32,661 bases of DNA from an uncultured Bacteroidales bacterium (GTDB taxonomy: Bacteria > Bacteroidota > Bacteroidia > Bacteroidales > UBA10428). Under the pieces are notes generated by a model, which saw nothing but the letters and a program-made list of their open reading frames with translations, ran no database searches and was not told the origin of the DNA. Shown here one piece after another: positions 1-8,105 of this stretch. Each line of letters opens with the position of its first letter. Position 1 is the first letter of the stretch. Location of the stretch: contig CAZBUF010000423.1 in assembly GCA_964495025.1 (NCBI GenBank), positions 1 through 32,661 on the forward strand. Direction: 5' to 3'. Position numbers and translations under genes: made by a program.

Positions 1-1
1 A

Positions 2-304
2 TTCAGGAATTACTGCAAAACCAGGCATAGCAGACTAAGTAAATATAAACCATATAATGAAAATGAAGTAAGTGATATTGCTTCGACGGACCTGCAGGTA
101 CGGGAAGATAACCTGCTGTTCCGGGCTTTATCAAAATTGCCGGCAGAATATAAGGAAATAATTATTCTCAGTAAGTTTCAGGGAATGAAATATAAGGAGA
201 TAGCCATACTGTTTTCTGCTACTGAAGCATCAATTAAAAACAAAATGCTCAGGGCTATGGATAAACTTAGAAAAATATACTTTGAAACAGAAAAAGAATT
301 ATAA
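2..304 (+). CDS. RNA polymerase ECF-type sigma-70 factor, C-terminal fragment (5' end lies outside the window)
   Basis: The frame is open from base 2 to TAA at 302-304. The translation ...LLFRALSKLPAEYKEIIILSKFQGMKYKEIAILFSATEASIKNKMLRAMDKLRKIYF is a typical sigma-70 region 4.2 helix-turn-helix. The stop lies 2 nt before the anti-sigma gene start. Confidence 0.8.
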   Translation, partial: FRNYCKTRHSRLSKYKPYNENEVSDIASTDLQVREDNLLFRALSKLPAEYKEIIILSKFQGMKYKEIAILFSATEASIKNKMLRAMDKLRKIYFETEKEL

Positions 305-306
305 TT

Positions 307-1083
307 ATGAAATGCAGCGACATAAAAAATCAGTTTCTGGATTATCTGGATGATAATCTTGATAATAAAGCAAAAAAATTATTTGAAACTCATATTAAAA
401 GATGTGAACAATGTTCAAATGAACTTTCACAGCTTGGGTTGCTGAATAAAAAGCTCAGCAAAGTAAAAAACATTGAAACTCCCCGATCTTTAAGTGAGGA
501 GTTTTTATCCGCTATAGATATGGAGCAAAGAAAATTTGAAAACAGGATTTTCAGATATGAGAACTTAAGGTTTACTTTAAAAATTGCAGCAAGCATTATT
601 CTATTTATCGCCGGATTAGTATTCGGAGTTCTGATCAGCAACAGCGGAAAAGTTAATACGAGAGTGGCAAAGCTGGAAAATGAGGTTTCCCGGCTTGAAG
701 AAGCTGTGACTGTGGCAGTGTTTAATGAACATACAACAAGCCAGAAGATCAAAGCAGTATACTACTTTGATGATCAGAGTCGTATTAATCCGGCGCTGAT
801 AAAAGCACTGACAAATGCACTTAATAATGATGATAATATCAATGTTAGAATTACGGCAGCAAAATCATTATTCAGATACAATAATATCCCGGAGGTAAGA
901 GAATTACTGATAAAATCCCTGGTTAATCAGAATGAGCCAATGGTGCAGATCCTTATTATTGACCATCTGGTTGCAATTAATGAAAAAGGGGCGGCAGAGA
1001 GTTTAAAGGGCCTGGTGAACAGTAACAATACCAACAACATTGTTAAACAATATGCTGCGAGGGGCCTGAAAACCTTATTATAA
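307..1083 (+). CDS. Anti-sigma factor: N-terminal zf-HC2 zinc finger, one TM helix, C-terminal HEAT-like repeats
   Basis: It has the H-x3-C-x2-C motif (HIKRCEQCSNEL) near the N-terminus. A hydrophobic segment IAASIILFIAGLVFGVLI follows. The C-terminus carries repeated HEAT-like units (NVRITAAKSL..., EPMVQILIIDHL..., VKQYAARGL). It sits immediately downstream of the sigma gene. Confidence 0.75.
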   Translation: MKCSDIKNQFLDYLDDNLDNKAKKLFETHIKRCEQCSNELSQLGLLNKKLSKVKNIETPRSLSEEFLSAIDMEQRKFENRIFRYENLRFTLKIAASIILFIAGLVFGVLISNSGKVNTRVAKLENEVSRLEEAVTVAVFNEHTTSQKIKAVYYFDDQSRINPALIKALTNALNNDDNINVRITAAKSLFRYNNIPEVRELLIKSLVNQNEPMVQILIIDHLVAINEKGAAESLKGLVNSNNTNNIVKQYAARGLKTLL

Positions 1084-1143
1084 TTTAAAGATCTGCCTGT
1101 AACCGGGCAGGATAAATATTTTAATATTAAAACAGATAAAGCA

Positions 1144-2046
1144 ATGAAAACGATATATTTACTGTTTCTTATGATAATTATCCCGAAAACCCTGTTTTCA
1201 CAGTCATTAATAAAAGATGTAGAGGGTATTGAAAAAATCAAAATTGTTGATGTTTATGGTGATTTAAAGATAAATACAAATAGTACTGATAAAATAAAAA
1301 TTGAGGTCACCGGGTTCAAATCAATACCTGAACCGGTTGATATCTATAAGCCGGCACATTATAAAAATGATAATACACAGTTGGGATTACATATTGAAGA
1401 TGTTAATAATACATTAATAATCTCCTGCTCAGGAAAACAGTCGCAGTTTACCAGTTATAAGATTAGCATCCCAAAAAATACGGCAGTTGAGATTCGAAAT
1501 ATGTTTTTATCAGGGCCTGATGACTTATCATCTGATGAAAATGCTGATATTTTTAAGGAATATATGAGTGAAATAACTGTAAGAGGCGTAAAAAATGAAA
1601 TCGTTATTAACGTATTTGCTTGTGACATAAAAATCAGTAATGTTACCGGGCCGCTTGTTCTGGGTGCCTTTAACGGAAATTACGATATTGAATTTTCCAA
1701 ACTTGACCAGGATAATCCTTCCTCACTTGAATTGTATAATGGTGACATTAAGGTTAGTTTACCATATGATACAAAAAGTAATGTCACTTTAAGTGCTGAA
1801 AAAGGATATATCAACACTGATTTTACTATAAAGAAAGCTGTGATCAACTCCGGGGATTTAAGAGTTGAGAAGAAGAGGATACACGGAATAATATTAAAGA
1901 AATATCATGAATCAAGGATAGAAGGCATATTGAACAGGGAGGGTATACAATTTTATATTTCTGCGTACAACGGGAATATTAAATTATACAGGAAAGACTA
2001 TCAGACGTATCCGTTAATGTACCCGTTTTATCTGTATATGGACTAG
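1144..2046 (+). CDS. Secreted hypothetical protein, beta-strand repeat (DUF4097-like putative adhesin) linked to the ECF module
   Basis: It has an N-terminal signal peptide (MKTIYLLFLMIIIPKTLFSQ). Repeated short G-[DN]-[IL]-K-[IV] strands are present (GDLKINT, CDIKISN, GDIKVSL, GNIKLY). The position after a sigma/anti-sigma pair is typical for DUF4097-type proteins. The family call is tentative. Confidence 0.55.
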   Translation: MKTIYLLFLMIIIPKTLFSQSLIKDVEGIEKIKIVDVYGDLKINTNSTDKIKIEVTGFKSIPEPVDIYKPAHYKNDNTQLGLHIEDVNNTLIISCSGKQSQFTSYKISIPKNTAVEIRNMFLSGPDDLSSDENADIFKEYMSEITVRGVKNEIVINVFACDIKISNVTGPLVLGAFNGNYDIEFSKLDQDNPSSLELYNGDIKVSLPYDTKSNVTLSAEKGYINTDFTIKKAVINSGDLRVEKKRIHGIILKKYHESRIEGILNREGIQFYISAYNGNIKLYRKDYQTYPLMYPFYLYMD

Positions 2047-2115
2047 TTAATGTAATAGCCGGAAAGGACCGGAATTCACTTTTTGGCAGTCCGGGAGTTA
2101 GTTTTTATTTACCGG

Positions 2116-2436
2116 CTATTCATAAACAACAGCTGTACCGCTGGCAGTGACCATAAGCATACTGCCATTCTGCCCTACTGTTTCGTAATCCAGGTCAATT
2201 CCTAATACAGCGTTAGCACCCAGCTGCCTGGCAACTTCTTCCATCCCTGACACAGCATTATCTTTTGCTTCCCTTAGCACTTCCTCATAAGAGCCTGATC
2301 TGCCACCTACGATATCCCTTATCCCTGCAAACAGGTCCCTGAAAAGGTTTGCGCCAATGATAGCTTCACCGGTAACAAGCCCGGCATATCTGACTATCTT
2401 ACCGTTCTCAATAGTGTTTGTTGTTGTAAGTAACAT
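2116..2436 (-). CDS. ybjQ: YbjQ/UPF0145 family protein (heavy-metal-binding-like domain)
   Basis: It is 106 aa. The sequence ...[41 protein letters not shown]...[17 protein letters not shown] matches the conserved YbjQ family pattern along its full length. Confidence 0.9.
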   Translation of the reverse strand: MLLTTTNTIENGKIVRYAGLVTGEAIIGANLFRDLFAGIRDIVGGRSGSYEEVLREAKDNAVSGMEEVARQLGANAVLGIDLDYETVGQNGSMLMVTASGTAVVYE

Positions 2437-2541
2437 ATCTTATATTTTATAATTATTTTGTGTAATATAAAAATAAAAATTTAAAGTTTATTAAAATCTT
2501 GTAACTTCGTTAGCCGGTATTACTTCCTCAAATAAAAACTT

Positions 2542-3489
2542 ATGGTACCCAGGATATCTATTATAATCTCTATCTTTTTGCAGTTTATGGTGGCGTTCCT
2601 TGCTTTACGCTTTATACCTGTGACAAAAAGAAGACTGTCGTGGATATTGATATCAATTGGTTTTGTGTTGATGGCATTTAGAAGGATGATTGAGCTTTCG
2701 ACTTTTCTTAATCTTAAGCGTTATGAGGAATTATTTTCAGTTGGCGCATGGATAGGAATCTCAACATCTATAGTTATAGCTATCGGCATCTGGCTTCTTC
2801 GGGATATTTTTTATACATGGAAAAGAGCGGAACATGAACGCAAAATGGCAGAAAGGAGAGTATTGAATGCGGTGATAAGAACAGAAGAGCGTGAGAGAAA
2901 ACGTTTTGCCAAGGATATGCATGACGGGATAGGACCGTTAATATCCACTATCAAACTATACGTTAATGAGTTGATATCCGATGAAATTACTGAAAAAGAG
3001 AAAGAAGAATCCGTGGATTATATTAACAAACTGCTTGATGATGCCGTAACGGGCATAAGGACAATTTCAAATAACCTTACTCCGAGAATCATTCATGAAT
3101 ACGGACTGGTTTCCGCGATTACTGATTTTTGCAATTCCGTAAATAAAACACATAAACTGGCCATTAAAATTAAAGGCCCGAAAAAGCTGGACCTGGGAAA
3201 TCATATTGAGATCAATTTATACCGGATAGTAAATGAACTGGTAAATAATACGTTAAAGCACTCTGATGCCACAAAGGCCGAAATATCAATAGTGCAGGAA
3301 AACAATATCATAAGATTTACTTACAGGGATAACGGAAAAGGTTTTGATTATTCAGGTTATGCTGAATCAAAGTATAAAGGCGATGGCATAAATAATATTC
3401 TTACACGTGTGCAGTCAATGGACGGGCAAACAGATATAGAGACCGCCGAAGGTAAAGGCATATTGGTTAATATAACTTTTCCCTTATGA
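2542..3489 (+). CDS. Sensor histidine kinase, HisKA_3/NarL-class, membrane-embedded input region only
   Basis: The N-terminus has about 3-4 TM helices. The H-box is ERKRFAKDMHDGIGPLIS (HisKA_3 type). The HATPase_c domain shows an N-box NELVNNTLKHS and a G-box DNGKGF...GDGINNI. Confidence 0.9.
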   Translation: MVPRISIIISIFLQFMVAFLALRFIPVTKRRLSWILISIGFVLMAFRRMIELSTFLNLKRYEELFSVGAWIGISTSIVIAIGIWLLRDIFYTWKRAEHERKMAERRVLNAVIRTEERERKRFAKDMHDGIGPLISTIKLYVNELISDEITEKEKEESVDYINKLLDDAVTGIRTISNNLTPRIIHEYGLVSAITDFCNSVNKTHKLAIKIKGPKKLDLGNHIEINLYRIVNELVNNTLKHSDATKAEISIVQENNIIRFTYRDNGKGFDYSGYAESKYKGDGINNILTRVQSMDGQTDIETAEGKGILVNITFPL

Positions 3490-3517
3490 TTAATTATTTA
3501 ATGAAACATTTTTTTAA

Positions 3518-4165
3518 ATGGATAAAAAAATAAAAATACTGATTGCAGATGACCATGAGATATTCAGAAAAGGGCTGAAAGTTATTCTGAACCGGCTGAA
3601 ATATGTTGATATTATTGCTGAAGCCTCAAGTGGTGATGAACTGATCGACATCGTAAGCAAAAACAATATTGATATTGTACTTATGGACATAGAGATGCCC
3701 GGAATGAACGGTATTGAAGCAACAAAAAAAGTTTTGTCAATTAAACCTAACGTTAAAGTTGTTGCACTGACAATGTTTAATGATGAACAGTACATCCAGG
3801 ACATGCTTGATGCAGGGGCAAAAGGATTTTTACTGAAGAATATAACAAAACAGATATTGGACAAGGCTATAAGAACTATTGCCGAGGGTAACAATTATTA
3901 TTCGGATGAGTTATTCGGGTTCTTTACCAAAAAAATAGCAGGGGAAAAATTCCCGAAAGACATAGAATTAATTCTGACAAAGAGGGAGAAGGAAATACTT
4001 CAGCTGATTTGTGAGGGATTGAACAACGAAGATATAGCACTTAAGCTGTCAATAAGTGAAAGGACGGTTATCGGACATAAATCTAACCTCCTTGCAAAGA
4101 CCGGATGCAAAAATACACCGGGCCTTATTTCATACAGTGTTAAAAATAAGATTGTTAAGCTTTAA
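3518..4165 (+). CDS. Response regulator, LuxR/NarL family (REC + GerE HTH)
   Basis: The receiver motifs are KILIADDH and VLMDIEMPGMNG (phospho-acceptor Asp), with KVVALTMF downstream. The C-terminus LTKREKEILQLICEGLNNEDIALKLSISERTVIGHKSNLLAK is a GerE/LuxR HTH. Confidence 0.93.
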   Translation: MDKKIKILIADDHEIFRKGLKVILNRLKYVDIIAEASSGDELIDIVSKNNIDIVLMDIEMPGMNGIEATKKVLSIKPNVKVVALTMFNDEQYIQDMLDAGAKGFLLKNITKQILDKAIRTIAEGNNYYSDELFGFFTKKIAGEKFPKDIELILTKREKEILQLICEGLNNEDIALKLSISERTVIGHKSNLLAKTGCKNTPGLISYSVKNKIVKL

Positions 4166-4364
4166 AGAATACTGAAAAAAATGATAAACCAGTAATAAAT
4201 TACCGGTTTGGGATTCCTTTTTTTACGGTGTTATTCATTTACTTATTAATAATATTCTCCGATACTAAATTGGTAAATACCTGCCTTTTTCTTTACATAC
4301 CACATATATATATTTATCATAGTTATTTCAGCAATAACAGGTTTTCAATAAAATATTCATAATT

Positions 4365-4784
4365 ATGGATAACAAATTTATTCCACTTATTGTAAAATGC
4401 CCTTATTGCCAAAATTCATTAATGGATCATAATAAGCTGATTAAGGGCGAAGCAAGTATTAAATTATATTTTAAGTCGGGAGATTATTCAGGCACACTCA
4501 ATTTATGCGCACTTTACGGATGCAATGAAAGGGAAAGTGATTTTAAATTACACCAGGGTGATATAATAGATATTTTTTGCCCTGAGTGTGAAAAAAATCT
4601 GAAGACTAAATCGATATGCAATATCTGTGGTGCTCCTGTTGTTGATTTAAGGCTGGTGACAGGCGGCATAATGCGTATATGTTCCAGGGTTGACTGTAAA
4701 AAACACAGTGTTCTGTTCGAGGATATTTATGAGGATATGACAAGGTACTTCATTAAACATAAATACAGAACAGGGTGTATTTAG
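4365..4784 (+). CDS. Small Cys-rich protein with paired zinc-ribbon-like CxxC knuckles, function unknown
   Basis: It is 139 aa. The Cys motifs are CPYC...C-x5-C, then CPEC-x12-CNIC and C-x4-C-x2-H. I do not recognise a family. It lies 115 nt upstream of the Hdr-like operon. Confidence 0.6.
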   Translation: MDNKFIPLIVKCPYCQNSLMDHNKLIKGEASIKLYFKSGDYSGTLNLCALYGCNERESDFKLHQGDIIDIFCPECEKNLKTKSICNICGAPVVDLRLVTGGIMRICSRVDCKKHSVLFEDIYEDMTRYFIKHKYRTGCI

Positions 4785-4899
4785 TGCATATGCGCCCGGA
4801 CAGTTATTAATCCAAGCTTTCAGACTGGTATTACAGGCTGATTCTTAATTAGTATCTGAAATAAGGATACTGGTATAAGGGGAGTAACAACTTTTTAAG

Positions 4900-5604
4900 A
4901 TGGAAAAACTATTTGAACGAATTAGTAAAGATGTGAGGTATAAGGAAGGATTAAAATCCTGTATGAACTGTGGCGTGTGCACAGCAATATGCCCTGCAGC
5001 GGAGTTTTTTGACTACGATCCGAGGATGCTTATTACTATTGTACAAACGGAAGATGATGACAAAATAGAAGATTTGCTTAAAAGCGATATGATCTGGTAC
5101 TGCGGGCAGTGTATGTCATGCAAAACAAGGTGCCCGAGAGGTAATTGCCCCGGTTTGATAATTAATGTATTAAGAAAAGTGTCGCAGGAACTGGGATATT
5201 TTACATATAGTAAAATGGGGAGGCAGCAGTATGCAATTAAACGGACCGTAGGTGAGAATATTTTAAATTACGGGTATTGTGTATATCCTGATGCTGTGAC
5301 GCCGGAGATGCATCCTGAGCAGGGGCCTGTCTGGCAATGGGTGTTTAATAACAGGAAAGAAGTGTATGCAAGGCTTAAAGGAAATTATGATAAGGAAGGC
5401 CCTGGCACATTAAGAAAAATTTCCCCGGAAACTATGGATGAGCTACAATCAATATTTGATGTTACAGGAGGGACCAGTTTCTATGAACTTATTGATGAAT
5501 ACAGCAAAAACAAAGTAGAGGAAATGGGATTTGAAAGTGACGAAAAGAATATGAATAAATATTTTATGCATGTGTATAAAGACAGTATCGATGACGATTC
5601 ATAG
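4900..5604 (+). CDS. HdrC-like 4Fe-4S dicluster protein
   Basis: It has two ferredoxin-type motifs, CMNCGVCTAICP and CGQCMSCKTRCP. The spacing and following region are typical of heterodisulfide reductase subunit C. It lies directly upstream of an HdrB-like gene. Confidence 0.8.
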   Translation: MEKLFERISKDVRYKEGLKSCMNCGVCTAICPAAEFFDYDPRMLITIVQTEDDDKIEDLLKSDMIWYCGQCMSCKTRCPRGNCPGLIINVLRKVSQELGYFTYSKMGRQQYAIKRTVGENILNYGYCVYPDAVTPEMHPEQGPVWQWVFNNRKEVYARLKGNYDKEGPGTLRKISPETMDELQSIFDVTGGTSFYELIDEYSKNKVEEMGFESDEKNMNKYFMHVYKDSIDDDS

Positions 5605-5620
5605 TTAAAATTTTAAGTGT

Positions 5621-6685
5621 ATGAAAAAAGAAGGTAAAAAGAGAATATGGAGCGATTGTCAGAAAGAGATAGCGGATGATAATTACTATTTTCAAAGAAG
5701 TTGTATCAGGCAGAATTTCTTTCCCGGTTCGGAGCATGCATTTCTAAAGATCCTTAAGGATGAACTTGGAAAGAACATATATGATGATGCAAGGCAAACA
5801 ACCTGTACAGGCATAGGTTACCACAGCGACATTATCCCTTTTGAAACAACACAGACTGTTGTTGCCAGGCATTTTGCCCTTATGACGGAAGAGGGATACA
5901 AGAATTTTGTTATCTCATGTGTGACTTCTTTTGGGATATACTCTGAGATAGTGGAAACATGGAAAGAATTTCCGGAAGAAGAAGAAAAGGCAAGAAAATA
6001 TTTGAAGCAGGCCACAGGTCGTGAATTTGAGCTCCCTGTGAATATGACTCATGCCAGTGATATAATTTACAAATTCCGCGATGAGATATTTTCAAAGAGG
6101 AAGTATGAGCTGATAAATAAAATAACAGGCAGGCCTTTAAGAATTGTTGAGCATATAGGTTGCCACTATGCAAAAATATTTCCCAGGAAAGGTGTGGGCG
6201 GTGCCGAATTTCCGCAGGTACTGAGCGGGATGATTGAATCGTGGGGGGGTGAAGTTATTGATTACCCCGAACGGAGGCATTGCTGCGGCTTTGGTTTCAG
6301 GCATTACCTGGTTATGGCAAACAGGGGTTATTCGGTGGCAAACACAAAGAAGAAATTTGATTCAATGGAACCTTATAAACCTGATGCAGTAATATGTAAC
6401 TGCCCAGGCTGTACAATGTTTATGGATAAGTGGCAGTACGTTATTGCTGAAAAGGAGAATAAAACTTACGGGCCAGACGGGCAGGGAATACCTGTACTTA
6501 CTTATGAAGAACTCGCGGGACTTGTCCTCGGCTATGATCCTTGGGACCTTGGGCTTCAGATGCACCAGATATCATGTGAACCATTGCTGGACAAAATGGG
6601 GATCAATTATAATCCTTCAATTAAATACCGCGGTATTGACGGTGTCGAATTGGAAATGCCCATGCAAAATAATTATATATACTAA
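5621..6685 (+). CDS. HdrB-like CCG-domain protein (first CCG domain degenerate, second intact)
   Basis: The C-terminal half carries a canonical CCG signature C...CCG...CxxC (HIGCHY...RRHCCGFGF...ICNCPGC). The N-terminal half shows the same architecture, but CCG is replaced by CTG (TTCTGIG) and CxxC by SCVTS. Confidence 0.8.
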   Translation: MKKEGKKRIWSDCQKEIADDNYYFQRSCIRQNFFPGSEHAFLKILKDELGKNIYDDARQTTCTGIGYHSDIIPFETTQTVVARHFALMTEEGYKNFVISCVTSFGIYSEIVETWKEFPEEEEKARKYLKQATGREFELPVNMTHASDIIYKFRDEIFSKRKYELINKITGRPLRIVEHIGCHYAKIFPRKGVGGAEFPQVLSGMIESWGGEVIDYPERRHCCGFGFRHYLVMANRGYSVANTKKKFDSMEPYKPDAVICNCPGCTMFMDKWQYVIAEKENKTYGPDGQGIPVLTYEELAGLVLGYDPWDLGLQMHQISCEPLLDKMGINYNPSIKYRGIDGVELEMPMQNNYIY

Positions 6686-6700
6686 TTTGATATAAAACGG

Positions 6701-7732
6701 TTGAAAGTGATAAATATAGTAGCCATAGGAGGAGGAATTGCAGGTATTGAAGTTTCAAGTTTATTATCAGGACTGGGGTATGAAGTGACGCTTTTGGAAA
6801 AGAATTCTGAGCTTGGCGGCAAATTGCAGAATTATGATGCCCTTTTCCCAAACTTCAGGCCTGCATCTGATATTAAAGAATATATATTCAACAAGTGCAA
6901 GAATAACGGATTTGATATTCAGACAAATACTGAAATTATTGATATCGCCAGGAAAAACGGTAAGTTTTTGATACGTGCAAAAAATAATGAGACATTCAGG
7001 GCTGATGCGGTGGTCATAACAACAGGCTTTGATTTTTTCGATGCAAGGAAAAAAGAAGAATACGGATATAAAATATATGAAAATGTTTTAACATCTGTTG
7101 ACCTTGAAGAAAAATTCAAAAGAAAAGAGAAAATAAGAACGGCAAACGGAAAAATACCGGAACGCATAGCTTTTATACACTGTGTAGGTTCACGAGATGA
7201 AAAATCGGGGAATCATTACTGTTCCAAAGTATGCTGTATAACAGGAGTGAAACAGGCGATAGAGCTAAGTGAACAGTTGCCTGAAACGGAGATTTACTGT
7301 TTTTATATGGACCTTAGAATGTACGGACAGGGTTATGAAGAACTTTATCGTTCTGCACAGGAGAATTATAATATTCAATTTATACGGGGCAGGCTTTCAG
7401 AGGCATCCGAGAACATGGATGAAAGTCTTTTGATAAAGGCAGAGGATACACTTTCAGGCCGTCCGCTGAAGATGAATGTTGACCTGCTTATTCTGCTTGT
7501 TGGCATGGAACCTTCAGCAGGTACGTCCTGTTTGGGTAAAAGCTGTAAGCTGGAATTTGACAACAGCGGATTTATTAAAACAAAAGATCCTCATACCCAA
7601 AGAAATTATTCGACAGAGAAAGGGATATTTCTGGCAGGCACCTGCTCAAGCCCCATGTCTGTTAACGATACAATTGAGAATGCCAGATCAGCAGCTATGG
7701 AAATTCATAATTACTTTCAAGCAATTGATTAA
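6701..7732 (+). CDS. HdrA/QmoA-like FAD-dependent oxidoreductase (short form without ferredoxin domains)
   Basis: It has an N-terminal dinucleotide fold IVAIGGGIAGIEVSSLL...EVTLLEKNSELGGK. The HdrA-type cluster motif is HCVGSRDEKSGNHYCSKVCC. The start is TTG at 6701 (alternatively GTG at 6707), and no upstream ATG is in frame after the previous stop. Confidence 0.8.
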   Translation: MKVINIVAIGGGIAGIEVSSLLSGLGYEVTLLEKNSELGGKLQNYDALFPNFRPASDIKEYIFNKCKNNGFDIQTNTEIIDIARKNGKFLIRAKNNETFRADAVVITTGFDFFDARKKEEYGYKIYENVLTSVDLEEKFKRKEKIRTANGKIPERIAFIHCVGSRDEKSGNHYCSKVCCITGVKQAIELSEQLPETEIYCFYMDLRMYGQGYEELYRSAQENYNIQFIRGRLSEASENMDESLLIKAEDTLSGRPLKMNVDLLILLVGMEPSAGTSCLGKSCKLEFDNSGFIKTKDPHTQRNYSTEKGIFLAGTCSSPMSVNDTIENARSAAMEIHNYFQAID

Positions 7733-7733
7733 T

Positions 7734-8105
7734 ATGGAAAAATTCGGATTTGCCATACGGGAAACACGAACTATCGATTTTGAACAGTTTGACGAAAGAC
7801 TGCTTGAATATGTGCTTTCTTACGAACCGTCATTCCGTGTTTGTTTATCATGCGGGGGATGTACGGCAACCTGCAGTGCAGGCAACCTTATAGATTTTAA
7901 TATCAGGAAGATGAATCTTTTAATAAGACGTGGAGAAACAGAAGGACTGGAAAAAGAAATAAATAAATGTATGCTCTGTGGAAAATGTGTCCTTGTATGC
8001 CCGAGGGGAATAAATATTAGGAATGTTATAATGCTCATAAAAAAGGGTATAGTGTTATTTAATACGAGTGGAAAATCAGACCAAAGATATTATTGCCATG
8101 CATAA
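7734..8105 (+). CDS. Small 2x[4Fe-4S] ferredoxin-like protein (second HdrC-like module)
   Basis: The motifs are CLSCGGCTATCSAG and CMLCGKCVLVCPRG. I chose the ATG at 7734, 2 nt after the HdrA-like stop. The track ORF start at 7476 would overlap the preceding gene by 257 nt. Confidence 0.75.
   Translation: MEKFGFAIRETRTIDFEQFDERLLEYVLSYEPSFRVCLSCGGCTATCSAGNLIDFNIRKMNLLIRRGETEGLEKEINKCMLCGKCVLVCPRGINIRNVIMLIKKGIVLFNTSGKSDQRYYCHA

Noticed and set aside
390-1241. Minus-strand ORFs 390-752 and 927-1241
   Set aside because: They are antisense to the well-supported anti-sigma gene and to the start of the next gene. Their translations are low-complexity and show no motifs, as expected for shadow ORFs in AT-rich DNA.
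3514-3894. 126-aa minus-strand ORF
   Set aside because: It lies entirely antisense to the response-regulator receiver domain, which has unambiguous motifs. It is a shadow ORF.
4189-4226. Imperfect hairpin AAACCAGTAAT-AAA-TTACCGGTTT followed by a T-run after the response regulator
   Set aside because: The stem has an A-C mismatch and is AT-rich. It is plausible as a weak terminator but not strong enough to report as a feature.
5818-6851. Small ORFs 5818-6015(-), 5910-6173(-), 6362-6565(-), 6444-6695(+) and 6621-6851(-)
   Set aside because: All overlap the HdrB-like and HdrA-like genes, either in other frames or antisense. None has recognisable motifs.
7476-7733. N-terminal 86-codon extension of the ferredoxin ORF in the track (start 7476)
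   Set aside because: The extension overlaps the 3' end of the HdrA-like gene out of frame and translates to non-protein-like sequence. The ATG at 7734, 2 nt after the upstream stop, gives a compact HdrC-like protein.
8068-8097. GTG start at 8068 for the membrane Fe-S protein
   Set aside because: The ATG at 8098 gives a normal N-terminus directly preceding the first TM helix, with a typical 8-nt overlap. The GTG start cannot be excluded, but the difference is only 10 codons.
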